Source: Paramoeba atlantica
Taxonomy: Eukaryota > Protista > Discosea
Direction: 5' to 3'
Assembly (NCBI GenBank): GCA_977017575.1
Contig: CDRNVI010000143.1
Location: forward strand, 372,001 to 436,000
Length of the DNA stretch: 64,000 bases
The stretch's first letter is position 1; each line of letters opens with the position of its first letter. The translations under genes were made by a program, and so were the position numbers. Positions 40,101 through 50,239 of this stretch are shown here, in pieces. The notes beneath the pieces are model-generated. The model was not told the origin of the DNA. It searched no databases and was given only the letters and a program-made list of their open reading frames with translations.

Positions 40101-43100
40101 TTCAACATCTTGTTGTCGGATCGGAATTGACCAAAAGGCGTCCGTCAGATCAATTGATGAGAAATATGAGGAATTGCCAAGGGCTCCAAGAATTGTATCC
40201 ATTCTTGGAAGAGGATATGCATCCTTCTTTGTGACATTATTAAGACGACGAAAATCAACACAAAATCGGATTTTGCCATTCTTTTTGTCTGCCAATAGAA
40301 TTGGTGAAGCCCATGGTGAGGTTGAAGGTTGAATTACTTTTCTTTTCACCATTTTATCAATATGTTTCCAAATAATGTAATCTTCAGCAGGAGTTGTTTT
40401 TCGAGGAACTGTGCGAACTGGTTTAGCAGTTGCATCAGTTTCGATCTTATGCTCCGTTGCTGTTGTTCGGGTCAATGGACCTTCTCTTTTTTGTTCATCC
40501 CAAAGGTCTTTAAATTCAGTTAGCAGTTCTGCTAATTTAATTTGTTGTTGAGAATTCAAGTTTGTAGCATTGATTTGAAATGTCTCATATGCTTCTTTTA
40601 ATTCAGATTTCATTTGATTTTCTTCACCAAAATCCGGTGGTTCATTTTCTGGATTTGCAAGGAGAGCAAAAACTTGATTTATCTTTGATTCGTCAAAAGC
40701 ATCTGTTTCCATTGTTGGATTTATTTTGGGTTGTTTTTGACTTTGAATCGGGGAGATTTCTTCTGCAAAATTTTCTGAAAATTTGCGTTTTCGTCCCTCT
40801 TTAAGAAACAACATCTTATTTTCTTTAGCAACCCAAGCGTCAAGCCAAGGGCTGTTGAGAGCTTTAAAATAGTTTGCTCCCACTTTTGAATTAAATGGTT
40901 TCTTTTCTTTTGATTTTTGATCTTGTTCTTTTGTATTCACCTTTTTTACAGGTTGAATATCTTGAAGATCAAGGAGCGAACGATTTGATATTTGAAGAAG
41001 TTCTGTTTGTTCAACATCATCATCGTTAATCTCATGTATGGAACCAAGTTCCCATCCTTTTTTAAGTTTTACATATTTGTTTGTTGGATTAATTACCAAT
41101 ATGTTTGATTGATAGATGTTTTTCTTTCTTCCAGGTCTTTCTTTTTGGGTAATTGAGATAAGACCTTGTGGAGCAATTAATTTGCCTTTTCCACTATCTC
41201 TTGGAAAGAAGAAACATTCCGGTGATGAGACTTGTCCTTTTGCTGTGAGTGGCACTATCACAGCCGATCTTGGGGGAATGCCACTGGTTACTGCCGTTGT
41301 GACCAGGGTCTTACTTCTCCGGTTCCTTCTGTCATCAAGAAGTTCCAAGTCCGGACTAAGTTCATTCATTTGAAGATTATTTTCTTTTGGCTTTGCCTGA
41401 ACAAGCTTTTTTTCTTGCCACAGAATATAATCGCCATCCGTTCCAAGTTTTAGTCTTTTCATAGCTGGCCAGCCTATCAAAGTTTGGACAGGAAGGTGGT
41501 CGAATATGAAGAACCATAAATTGGCTTCAAAATGTGAGAATTTTACTCTCAGTAAAACTTCTTCATTTACAACAACTTTGGAAGAATTTCCAACTGTGAC
41601 TTTTAAAGTATGGATTTTTCTTCTTCTTAATATTTGAATACCAGGTCTTTTTAATTGTTGTAAACTGATTGCATTAATTCCAGATCCTGTGTCGAGGCAT
41701 GTTGTTGAATTTAGATTGCCTATTTTCGACTCAAATTCCAGAGGTCCCCCGACATCACGGCTTTCTTCTCCTTTTTGTTCAATTTGACTTAAGGAGAGGA
41801 TGCGGATGGGTTCTGAATTGGTTAATTCTGGAGAATTAATTGCCATTTTGTAATGTTCGGTTGGGATATCATGGACATCCATAAATTGTCTATTTTCTTT
41901 CTCTTGTGTATTTTCTTTCTCTTGTGGAGAAGGATTTTTACTTGAATTTTTACAAGAAAGATCAGAATACGGTGTATCATGATTTATTGGAGTTTGTTGA
42001 GTTTGACCACTACTTTGTATGAAGAGACTTTTCAATTCATTGAATTGTTGGTTCATCTTTTCATCCATTTTGTGGGCAAATTCTTCAAATTCTTGTTTTC
42101 TTTTTTTATGTGGGTCTTGGTCTCTATTTGAACCTTGACCTTGTTGTTTTTGTTGTCCTCTTGGACCTTGATCTTTCAACCCTCTTTTCCTTTTTCTGGT
42201 TACTTTGCAGCGTTGCGTAATGTGGGTGTCTTGATTACCACAATGGCGGCAATATTTCAACCCTTTTTGCATCGCTTCTTTCACCAAAGGACAATTTTTG
42301 GGTACATGACCAAAGTCTTCACAGGCTCGGCATTGCAACTCCCGTGCCCTCTTTCTCGCCTCTTTCAGCTCTTGTCCATTAGGGTTCAAGGCTAATGAAA
42401 GGGAGTTTCGGGTCTTATCAGCGAGTTGTTTTGTTGGGTAGTCCTTTTGGTACTGGACAGTCAGAGCAATAGAAAGCATGTCGCCTCCTTTAGCTGTAGC
42501 TTTCGCTCCCTCCCATGCCCGATGGTACGAAGAATCTTGTACTCGGGCTTCGAAAATGTCTCTAACTTCTTCGAGTTGGGTGTCCTCACTCCCCTTTTCC
42601 TTGACAGCAATGTTCAAGAACTTCATTGTATGAGTCATGAAGTCCTCAGAGATATCGAACTTGTACGAGTAAAGAGCACTTGTATCAGTATCAAGGGGTT
42701 TGTAAACGTGACTTGAAGCCATACAGAGATCAAAAACCAACTTCTGGAAGGTTTGAGGATGACCGATGATGTCAAGTCCGAATGCTATCAACTTGGGTCG
42801 TGCGAGGGTTACAGCGAGTTCATTATTTGGCCACCCATTGGTTTTCCAAACTTGATAAAGAGCATCAAGCTTTTCTGTTTTGGTTAGATTCTTTGAGAGG
42901 CCATCGATCGCTCTTTCGATTGATTGTTGGAGAGCTTTGTCAGCCACAAAGGATTTCTCGTCCGGTATCGGTACCAAAGCATCCTTTCCCAAACGATGGT
43001 TTTGCGTTGTTGAAGATGAAGAGATACTTTGATCGAGTTCTTGGATCAGAGTTCGTCTCGCACCCACATTTGAAGCAGCAACCACGACTTTGGGCAGGGG

Positions 43101-43373
43101 AATCAATTCAACTTTGCCTTTGTCATTGACCTTTTGCTGGTAAAGGGTGCCATTTATGACTACTAGTTGCATTTCCGAGGAATCGGGAAGACCAGAAGGA
43201 TCAGAATGAAGGGGAGAGGGGGTACTAGAATCAAGAGGGGAATCACTTTCAGCGCTGGGAGTTTCGCCAAGAGAAGGAGGACTGAGCTTGGGCGTTCCAG
43301 GATGTTTCTTAGGCGACTTTTTCGTCTTACCAGGGGTCTCTCCTTCTTGTTTCTTATCTTTATCCTTTCCCAT
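37134..43373 (-). CDS. Gag-Pol polyprotein, 2079 aa (CCHC knuckles, PR, dUTPase-like insert, RT, RNase H, IN, chromodomain)
   Basis: CEDFGHVPKNC knuckle, CLDTGSG (protease), RFCVDFRRLN/YVDDI (RT), IHVDASSRGLGAIL (RNase H), HDSLVSGH..CHRC, VHLD/VTDNGPEF/GRVE (integrase) and FEIEKIL..FYKIQFKGF..EW (chromodomain). Real start is MGKDKD at 43373. Confidence 0.97.
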   Translation of the reverse strand: MGKDKDKKQEGETPGKTKKSPKKHPGTPKLSPPSLGETPSAESDSPLDSSTPSPLHSDPSGLPDSSEMQLVVINGTLYQQKVNDKGKVELIPLPKVVVAASNVGARRTLIQELDQSISSSSTTQNHRLGKDALVPIPDEKSFVADKALQQSIERAIDGLSKNLTKTEKLDALYQVWKTNGWPNNELAVTLARPKLIAFGLDIIGHPQTFQKLVFDLCMASSHVYKPLDTDTSALYSYKFDISEDFMTHTMKFLNIAVKEKGSEDTQLEEVRDIFEARVQDSSYHRAWEGAKATAKGGDMLSIALTVQYQKDYPTKQLADKTRNSLSLALNPNGQELKEARKRARELQCRACEDFGHVPKNCPLVKEAMQKGLKYCRHCGNQDTHITQRCKVTRKRKRGLKDQGPRGQQKQQGQGSNRDQDPHKKRKQEFEEFAHKMDEKMNQQFNELKSLFIQSSGQTQQTPINHDTPYSDLSCKNSSKNPSPQEKENTQEKENRQFMDVHDIPTEHYKMAINSPELTNSEPIRILSLSQIEQKGEESRDVGGPLEFESKIGNLNSTTCLDTGSGINAISLQQLKRPGIQILRRRKIHTLKVTVGNSSKVVVNEEVLLRVKFSHFEANLWFFIFDHLPVQTLIGWPAMKRLKLGTDGDYILWQEKKLVQAKPKENNLQMNELSPDLELLDDRRNRRSKTLVTTAVTSGIPPRSAVIVPLTAKGQVSSPECFFFPRDSGKGKLIAPQGLISITQKERPGRKKNIYQSNILVINPTNKYVKLKKGWELGSIHEINDDDVEQTELLQISNRSLLDLQDIQPVKKVNTKEQDQKSKEKKPFNSKVGANYFKALNSPWLDAWVAKENKMLFLKEGRKRKFSENFAEEISPIQSQKQPKINPTMETDAFDESKINQVFALLANPENEPPDFGEENQMKSELKEAYETFQINATNLNSQQQIKLAELLTEFKDLWDEQKREGPLTRTTATEHKIETDATAKPVRTVPRKTTPAEDYIIWKHIDKMVKRKVIQPSTSPWASPILLADKKNGKIRFCVDFRRLNNVTKKDAYPLPRMDTILGALGNSSYFSSIDLTDAFWSIPIRQQDVEKTAFTSKYGLWEFLSMPFGLCNAPATQQRYIEAVLNGLIWRCCFAYVDDIICFSNSFEKHLEDLRDILGRLKEHNLILQPLKCSFCKPTFEILGFVATKDGLSPNPKKVEAIQNYPLPKSPKEVEIFIGMVTWLKRFIPNLSKLTFHLRKAKTLKESRFFLSEKAEEEFQILKDILKKETCVAHPDLSKRFFIHVDASSRGLGAILTQLDDKGYHRVIEYASKALTPTQQKYTNPVREGLGIIWALKNFKYYVHGREPIVVCDCQALRSVFSRTGTKIPEHAMLRDWVARTLEYNPLVIHKPGKLMAIPDALSRHFVGYKDNKDEKKDYMTNCFEKIIDLALDETSKSRAMSRQKDILEKIEAIDSSPDQTFDLPEVRTLWQKGEELSQGEDTIEVDGDTIDRLLVPLPFLARAQRYDKFCSKIINYLYGILPKRRSELRMLQRQAFKYWIDANGILRKIDESAPAETGPPAVLPRALWDDVLKAYHDSLVSGHRKYERLYQAIAASYYFPGMSLYIKGYCHRCLNCAINSKGKTLTSELNPYMASYPGVTVHLDCTKGPKTSARGNTHLLAIVDNFSGYLRLYPIPQPTAKDAAGALLQYICVNSMPLKIVTDNGPEFANELFTELSNLMGLKQTTISPYNSKSNGRVEWTHKVTKSILRAYVDKFRDDWDLLVPLVEFAFNTSRSSSTTYTPFQVHFGRPPIMPLDMMYGSVYRPYVTRDEYVSKLQTDRDRVIEWVRAERLRVAESQSELYNRTHKSRIAQLKIGDHVLLRKFGTTTDEADLGKKYRALFHRKVYMVVGDYENGSYTLQDLSRKDPPFKANISIIKKLQFRHEINLDPGSNEIGLEDSSGPENVSFDDHGYDFEIEKILNHAVRNGELFYKIQFKGFRKTSAEWCRASDVDAEELLDDYHLHNPINFDILGADREESRVASPTTVPTGQPANESTPSSPPSSSEISEEPRFSSRGRMQRRNRRLLDKDIYAFLIY

Positions 43374-43384
43374 TGGAGCCTCCA
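43374..43384 (-). promoter_or_regulatory. Primer-binding site, tRNA-Thr-type
   Basis: TGGAGGCTCCA, 2 nt after the 5' LTR, is complementary to a tRNA 3' end TGGAGCC-U73-CCA, typical of Thr isoacceptors. Confidence 0.75.
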
Positions 43385-43386
43385 AA

Positions 43387-43577
43387 TGTAAAATGATAGT
43401 TTTTACAGTGAATAATAAAAGCAATCAAAATGTTGTTGTGCAATTTGAGAATTTGAAAAGTGAACGTTGGACCGTTTCAGAATTTGGCGGTTCCACGTCA
43501 GCACTCATTCTCCTTTATTTAGTAAATCAAAAAGGCATAGATGTCTTTATCAAGGAGTCGTCGATTTCTCCGTTGCA
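43387..43577 (-). repeat. 5' LTR (191 bp)
   Basis: Direct repeat of 37002-37192. Confidence 0.97.
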
Positions 43578-44479
43578 AACTTTGACACATGAGAATGTGA
43601 TTTTCCACAAAAAAGAGGGTTCAGTGGAGGGTGGTCATTCAAAGATGTGTGCGAAATCAAGAAATTTGAGAACAACCTGAGTTGTTGTCCCTGCAGTCGG
43701 TCTCTTTAACACAGCAGTCCAACTTGAGAAGCACTTGACCCTGGTGCTGAATCAACCTCGCCTCTGGTGTGGACTTTGCAGAATGGTTGTTTTGTGGCCC
43801 AGCACCTTGGAAAGAACCAAATCAGTACAATTGCCAAAAAAATTGCTGTGTTTCTTGATTGTGATCCATCTGACTATGCCTCACACTCCTTTTGAAGGAG
43901 AGCTGCTGCCACAGCCATTGTTGAGAATGGGGGGACAACTGACCATTTGTGTCAGGTGTGTGGAGTAGCCATCATGTTGCACAGGGCTATATACAAGACT
44001 CCAGCCAGGCAGCACAACCTGATTGCTGGAAGCTCAAGTTCCTCATCTTCAAGTTCCTCACATCTTTCAAGTGGGTATCAATGTCACAATTAACATGCCC
44101 CCATTTCCCCAAGGCGTTAAAGTCTCGTGTAGCCAAAGGTAAGAGAATAAAGAACAAATCAAATTGGATTTGGAAAATGTTTTAATGAATGAAATCAAAA
44201 TGAAAAGTGTTTTGTAATTCTTGGAAAATGAAATTTCCATTCTCTGGAAAATAAATTGTTTTCGCTGAACCAATCATTTTGTCGTGATCAATTCAGGAAT
44301 AAGAAATCGGTCGGCAGATTTCAACGCAAGGAGTTCCCCAAGGAGTTCCCCAAGGAGTTCCCTGGGAGAAGAGATTAAATTGCAGGTGGATTAAATTTTA
44401 ATCACCCAGCAAAGGCAATAAATTCCTGATAATCTTCAAAAATCAGATTATTTTTTTTATCTCAAGGTAACAAAAGGGA

Positions 44480-45510
44480 GAGGAGAGAGGAAAACAAAAA
44501 AAAAACCGAGACAGAAAAAGACGAAAAGAGGAGCTTTTCCACTTTTCCACACCCCGAAAAATTAAGGTTCTAAATCACAAACCTCAAAAATCGCTTTTTT
44601 TTGTTTTTCGGTTTTCGTTTTGGGGCACAAGAGGAAAGAGAAAGAGAGAGAGGGAAGAAAGAGAGAAGAGAGAAAGAGAGAAAGAGGAGAGAAATAGAGA
44701 AAGGGAAAGAGGGAAAGAGGAAAGAAAGAGAAAGAGAAAGGAAGAGAGAGAAAGAGAGAAAGAGAGAAAGAGGAGGGAAAGAGGGAAAGAGGGAAAGGAA
44801 AGAGAGAAAGAGAAAGAGAAAGGGAAAGAGGAGAAAGAGCGAAGAGAAAGAGAAAGAGGAGAGAAATAGAGAAAGGGAAAGAGGGAAAGAGGAAAGAAAG
44901 AGAAAGAGAAAGGAAAAGAGAGAAGAGAGAGAAAGAGAGAAAGAGAAAGAAAGAGGGAAAGGGAAAGAGGAGAAAGAGCAAAGAGAAAGAGACTTTGTGG
45001 AACCACTTTGTGTTTTTTTTTGGTTGTTGTTGAAATTAAGAAGGGTCTTTTCCTTTGGTTTTTTTTCCTTTTTCTGTTCTTTTCTGTTCCTTTTTTTCTT
45101 GTTTTTTCTTTTCTTTTCTTTTCTTGTGGATTCCCTTTTTGTATTTTACCATATATAAAAATATATATATTTCGAGATGAACTCCTCTCAAATCAAGAGG
45201 GTATTTTAGTTTCAGTCCAAAAAATAAAACAGACAAAAAAGGGTTTATTTTTATCCTTTTTCTCATCAGAGATTTACCAGCAGTTGAGCAGTTGGCAGGC
45301 AGGGAACATTGACTTGAGTTGAGGAGAGGAGAGGGGGAAGATTCGTTAAAGGCAAGATGATGTTGAGTTTAATAAAAGCATATTTTTTTTCGAATTGGTC
45401 AGAAAAAATAAAATATTTTTTTTCCTGTTATTTGCCTCTTTTCACATCCTACTTTTTTTCAACAATCAGTTTTATTTTGGAGGAGATCATCAAACACACC
45501 CCCACAAAAC
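44480..45510 (+). repeat. ~1-kb dispersed repeat, copy 2 (no downstream tRNA)
   Basis: Collinear with 14935-15960. Confidence 0.9.
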
Positions 45511-46018
45511 AGTTTTCTTGATTTTTCCAGTTTTTAGAGTTCTGAGCCAATTGGGAACCTTGAATTCTGACCAAATCCTCACATGTACAACTTCCTTCTG
45601 CTGTGTCCTTGCTTCAAAAGTTCTTGCCCATTCAGGTTCAAAAGGGCAAAAGAACTGAGAAGCGCTTCTTGGGGGAGGGGGGGGTTTGAACACATTTATC
45701 TCCATTTTACTGAGGTTCTTTGTTTAACAGAAGGAGTTGTGAAAAGAGTCATCAAGTTGATCTTTTGGACAAAGAAAGTGCACTCTGCCAGAATTTGCTC
45801 CCATTGAGAGTGTCTGACAAAGCGCCCTAAAACGCAATAATCTAGCTCTTGAAAATTGCGGTGTCGCAATTTTGCGTTGCGGGTGGACAAACGCATTTTT
45901 TTTCTTTGGTGGAAGAAAAAGTTGGAAATGCAATGAAATGGAGAAAATGGCAGATTTATTGATCTTTCTCAAATAAATTCCTGCATCTCTTCAAGAAATT
46001 TATCAATCTTTTGAGAAT

Positions 46019-47364
46019 TCAATGCAGAACAAACAGGAGCAAGAAGAGGTGTGTGTGACCTTCTTGGGGAGAAGGAGAGTCAAGCAACAACGATTGCCGG
46101 ACAGGTCGACATAGAAGGCGAGCAGCCACAATTTCATAAATGACCAACAAACTCATCAATTGAAGTCCTGGAGATTCTCCAAAAGGTTTGGTTGATGCTT
46201 GCCAATTATGAACAAGTCCATAAACAATTTCAACTATTCCTCTCAAAAACTGTTGGGTTGGAACTTCAGAAGACGGAACGTCATTTTGGGTAATCACAAG
46301 CCCATGGTGATAGCCACCATCCCCAATAAGAAACTTCATTTCCTGCTCAATTTGTCGTGCCATTCCTGTCATATTGAAAGTACCTGTGTTGGGAGTTGAG
46401 TACAAGGAGAGAGAAAAAAAGGGGAAATCAGTCATGATCGTGAGGTGATTGGGTGAGAAATGAAAAAAAAAAAAAAAAGAAAGAAAAAGGGATAAACCTT
46501 GATCATTGTTGTGACCCCTCACAAAACCAACAGAAGCAATGCGTGAGCCAGCCAAGCCAACAACCATTTGAGATTGCATAAAACAACAATGTTTATCACC
46601 ATGATACCACCAAGCATGACCAGGATGAATTCTCCGTCGATTATGAGCAGAGCAATCAATCACAAGATTTGCATTCCTCCAACAGACTGTTTCAGGATAG
46701 TCAAGCCTTGGCTCCCAGGAAATAGAAGAATTCTTCATGGCAAAAGTTGCAAGAATTGGAATGACATGTTTGCGGTCATTTTGGATTGTTTTTTGATTCG
46801 CCTGAAAAAGACCTCCTGCATTTGCCCTAGATGTATGATAACGGAGAAAATTGAACTGAGCCAAAAGACGAACAGGGGTGGTCATCACTGTGTTTGGAGC
46901 AGTCCTTTTTTTGGGAGGATTTCTGGCCAGAAGTGATTGTTTTCGACGGCGAGGGCTTTCAATTGCTTTCTCAGTTCCTTTATAAAACCTCCAAAACTCT
47001 TCAAGAGTCAAACCAGACAAAGACTCAATGGTTTTTGTGCCATCAGCAAGGAGCAACTCCAGCGTCACCTTTCTTCGTTGTTGGGGAGGTCGAAACTTCA
47101 GTTCTTTGCTTTCTTTCTATGACAAAAAAAAAGAAAGAAAAAAAAGAATAAGAAAAAAGAACAAAAAGAACAAAAAGAACAAAAAAAGAGAACTGTTTCT
47201 TCTTCTTTTCTCTCTGTGTAGCCATTCCGTTCGAGACGCTGGATTGAGTGTTGGAAGAAAAGTTGTGTTCTGTTCAAGGCTAAAGTCTCCATTTCAATTG
47301 CTTCACCAAGAACACACCGCAAAAGAGCCTGACGGAAGCGCCTTCTCCTTCTTCGGCCCTCCAT
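46019..47364 (-). CDS. PIF/Harbinger-type DDE transposase, 3 exons (47364-47194, 47116-46498, 46383-46019), 384 aa
   Basis: LVIDC, YHGDKH..QSQMVV, GHNNDQG, LIGDGGY and RGIVEIVYG are DDE_Tnp_4-type motifs. GT-AG introns of 77 and 114 nt restore the frame and remove low-complexity inserts. Confidence 0.8.
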
Positions 47365-47558
47365 CGCTTCCTCAAAACAAACGGAAACAACATCGAAATT
47401 TCCTTTTGTGAAAAAGGGCCACTTGACAATCAGATCAAAAAGGGAATAGGTCTTTTTATTTTGAATTTAGCGATTAGGAAAAGATAAAAAATCCCAATCC
47501 CTTGCAATGTCTGAACCCTCATTTTTCTTCTTTTTTTTTTTTTTTTCGAAAGCGAAAA

Positions 47559-48458
47559 ATGGTCTTGCCGCCGTTGCCCCCGAATCACCCAAATCTTGGT
47601 CCTCTCCTTGAGGATTATTCTAACCTGACACATGTTGAACCAAATGTTGAAAGTAAAGATTTAGATTTTATTTGTCAGTTTCCTGATTGCAAATATCAAA
47701 TCTACGGGCCATGTCTTTGTTCCCGGAAGTTTTGCTCACTCCATTCCATTGATAAAAGCGTATTATCCAAATGTCCTCATCCCCCATATTCTCCTCCTCA
47801 CTCAATGCAAACACGCCAACGCACTTCCTCCACACCAAGCACCAAAAAAACCAGTTCTCCCACAACTCCAACCGCCGGAAAAAGAAAAAAACAATCTTCC
47901 TCTTCCTCTTCCTCTTCCTCTTCTTCTTCCTCTTCTTCTTCCTCTTCTTCTTCCTCTTCCTCTTCCTCTTCCTCTCCTCCTCCTGCTCCCAAAAAAAGAA
48001 GGACAACAAACCGACAGTATTCTCTTGCAGAAGATCATGCCATCATGAAGGGATTGAAGACATGTGGATCGAACTATCAGAAGTTGATTGAAGGCATCCA
48101 GAAAGACAAAAAATTGTTACTTTTGCTAAATCCAGCAAATGGTCTTGATGTGGAGGCTGTGGGGAATCGGGTTCAATCAACACTCAAAGTGGCCCACAAG
48201 AAAGGAAAATATTCAAAGGAGTACAAGTCAACAACTCCTTGGCCAGAGACAAAGAATCTGAGTGACAAAGACTCAACCAATGTTCTGGAAGCACATGCGC
48301 AATCTGAAAGGAAGAATCGTGCTTTATGGAATGAGATTAAGGAGATGGCTGCAGAGTATTGTGGTGAAGATGTAATCTTGAAGCCTGGAACCTCAGTTGA
48401 TAGTCTTGAAGACCTGAGGAGGTGGAACAAACTTTGTGAAGTGAGGTTTAACAAATGA
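47559..48458 (+). CDS. Myb/SANT-like DNA-binding protein with N-terminal Cys/His finger (Harbinger partner), 299 aa
   Basis: CQFPDC..CLC..FCSLH cluster, poly-Ser linker and RQYSLAEDHAIMKGLKTCGSNYQKL (Myb-like). Head-to-head with the transposase, as expected for Harbinger ORF2. Confidence 0.65.
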   Translation: MVLPPLPPNHPNLGPLLEDYSNLTHVEPNVESKDLDFICQFPDCKYQIYGPCLCSRKFCSLHSIDKSVLSKCPHPPYSPPHSMQTRQRTSSTPSTKKTSSPTTPTAGKRKKQSSSSSSSSSSSSSSSSSSSSSSSSSSSPPPAPKKRRTTNRQYSLAEDHAIMKGLKTCGSNYQKLIEGIQKDKKLLLLLNPANGLDVEAVGNRVQSTLKVAHKKGKYSKEYKSTTPWPETKNLSDKDSTNVLEAHAQSERKNRALWNEIKEMAAEYCGEDVILKPGTSVDSLEDLRRWNKLCEVRFNK

Positions 48459-48539
48459 AGAGGCCTTTTCAAAATTGTCAAAAGTGTACAAAGCTAAGCC
48501 AACAGCCATCACCATGGCTTACTCTTGAAAGAAGCCAAA

Positions 48540-49350
48540 GTCTACAGTCCATGGGAATTCCCTCTTATCTGAGGATGAAGACAAAGCACTTCTGGACATT
48601 ATTCTTGTGATGGTGAATGTACAAAAGCCATGGTCGATTATGGAGACCAAAAGTGCTGCTGAATTGATGTTCAGAAAGTCGATCTCAAAAAGCACAATTC
48701 AGAGGGTTCTTTATGAAACACAAGGAGCACTTGAGTCTTGGGCATCTGTCTCTCTTTCGAAATGACTGAGCCAACCTGAACATCTACAAGGAAGTCATGG
48801 AATTTATTGAGAAAATAGGCAACTTTTTGGAGTCGAAAATAGTCCTTCCCAAAATGTTTGTGAACTATGACAAGAGTGTTGTGTTTTCCTCACTCTTGAG
48901 GGTAAATTACAAATCAAGCGACTGGCTTGAAAGGACCAATCAAAGCTCCAAAATCGATCAAAGGTGCAAGGGACACACTGTGGGACATTCCTACCTTTTG
49001 TCACTGCGGATGGGACAATCCTGGCACTCTATTTTATCATTGCCACGAAATTCGATGAGGAGGACACCTGGGACAGCGAAGTTGACACTCCCAAAAGTGG
49101 CCTGACGAACTCGAGCGGCAATTTTACCCTGAATTTTTTTTTTTACAACCAAGGGCTACCTAAATGATATTATATTTGCCAAATATTAAAGAAGTTTTGT
49201 GATCTGTGGGCCCTTCAATACCCTGGTCTCCATTGTTATGTCTTGCTGCTCATTATTGGAGTTTAATTCCCAATACCTCCCATATCTCTCTGGCTTGCAC
49301 CCCTCAAAAAATTTGTTCATACCCCGAATGGTTGGATGTTTGTTTGTTTC
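48540..49350 (+). pseudogene. Degenerate pogo/Tc1-mariner (DDE_1) transposase
   Basis: RKSISKSTIQRVL (HTH), FVNYDKS, FVTADG, SG..N and EWLDV (cf. QPLDV), with frameshifts. Confidence 0.6.
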
Positions 49351-49756
49351 CACAGCAGTCACAAAATAAAGAAACAAGAAAAAAAAAGTTTATGTGGTTT
49401 TTCATCAATATTTATTGATGTCAAAAAAAAAAAGAAAAGGGAGAGTTTTCACTCAAATAGTTTTGCTACAACTGATTCTCGAAAATTTGTCAGTTGCATT
49501 CAAACAGATTCATTGTGCAATGTGTGTGGGCATTGATGAGGGCGGCACAATCCATCAATGAAAAAAGGATTTTTGTTCGCCAATCTGAAATTTGATATGA
49601 ATTGGCAAATTGGTACCACTTCTTATCCATCAGGTCGATTTATACAAAGATGAAATTGGGGAGGGGGCAGGGTGCTCCATTGTGGGAACAGCTTGGAGTG
49701 TGGTCTCAAACTTGTTGGCCTCTTCTTGACTTGGGAAGGCTTTTTGGAGGATGTAC

Positions 49757-50176
49757 TCAATTGTCTGAGCTTTCCTCTGACCTTGTCTTACATTCAAATT
49801 CCCAACAAATATTCCTGAGTTGTGGGCATTTCAAAGAACTCAAGTACTCCCTTGTCAAGTGAGGGGTGGGTGGAGGGGCTGGAGCAACAGCAGGAGAGGC
49901 AGTTGTGGGAGAAGTTGGGGAGGCAGTTGTAGTTGGAATGGGAGGGATTGAATTGGGAGGGGTTGACAACACAGTGGAAGAGGTTTGTGACAGAGTGGGA
50001 GAGATTGGAGAAACAGCAGGAGAGGTCGGAGAAACAATGGGAGAGGTTGGAGAAACAGTGGGGGGGGACAGTGAAACAGTGGGAGGGGTTGGTGGGAGAG
50101 TGGGAGAGGTGGTTGTTGGATCAGAAGAAGAAGAGGAGGAGGAAGGTGAGGGTTCCACAACAAAGGAGGAACCCAA
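49757..50176 (-). pseudogene. Pro/Ser/Thr-repeat ORF ending in a SAP-like helix, probably truncated
   Basis: 7-aa VSPTSP(T) repeats followed by REYLSSLKCPQLRNIC. Confidence 0.3.
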
Positions 50177-50239
50177 ACCTCGATGAAAAGGCCGCTTACC
50201 TTCATCATCAATTCACAGTGAGGGTGTAGACAAATCCCT

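Larger units (their letters stand above)
37002..43577 (-). mobile_element. Intact chromodomain Ty3/Gypsy LTR retrotransposon, 6576 bp
   Basis: Two 191-bp LTRs (TG..CA) that appear identical, 4-bp TSD AACT (36998-37001, 43578-43581), PBS, PPT (GTGGGAGGA at 37193-37201) and a single gag-pol ORF. Confidence 0.97.
36880..44060 (+). mobile_element. Crypton-like tyrosine recombinase relic (36880-37001 and 43578-44060), split by the Gypsy insertion
   Basis: LAEVTT|LTHENV reads across the empty site. QNGCFVAQHLGKNQISTIAKKIAVFL..DYASHSF*RRAAATAIVENGG..(W)SSHHVAQGYIQDS carries HxxR box II and the catalytic Tyr region. Confidence 0.75.

Noticed and set aside
43374-43424. 17-aa N-terminal extension of the gag-pol ORF in the track
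   Set aside because: It lies in the LTR and PBS with a non-ATG start; the real start is ATG 43373.
37002-43577. tRNA-gene targeting by the intact Gypsy (as for Dictyostelium DGLT-A)
   Set aside because: The nearest tRNA is ~3 kb away and the insertion is in a Crypton-like relic.
45800-48540. TIRs for the Harbinger element
   Set aside because: No convincing inverted match found between the left and right flanks.
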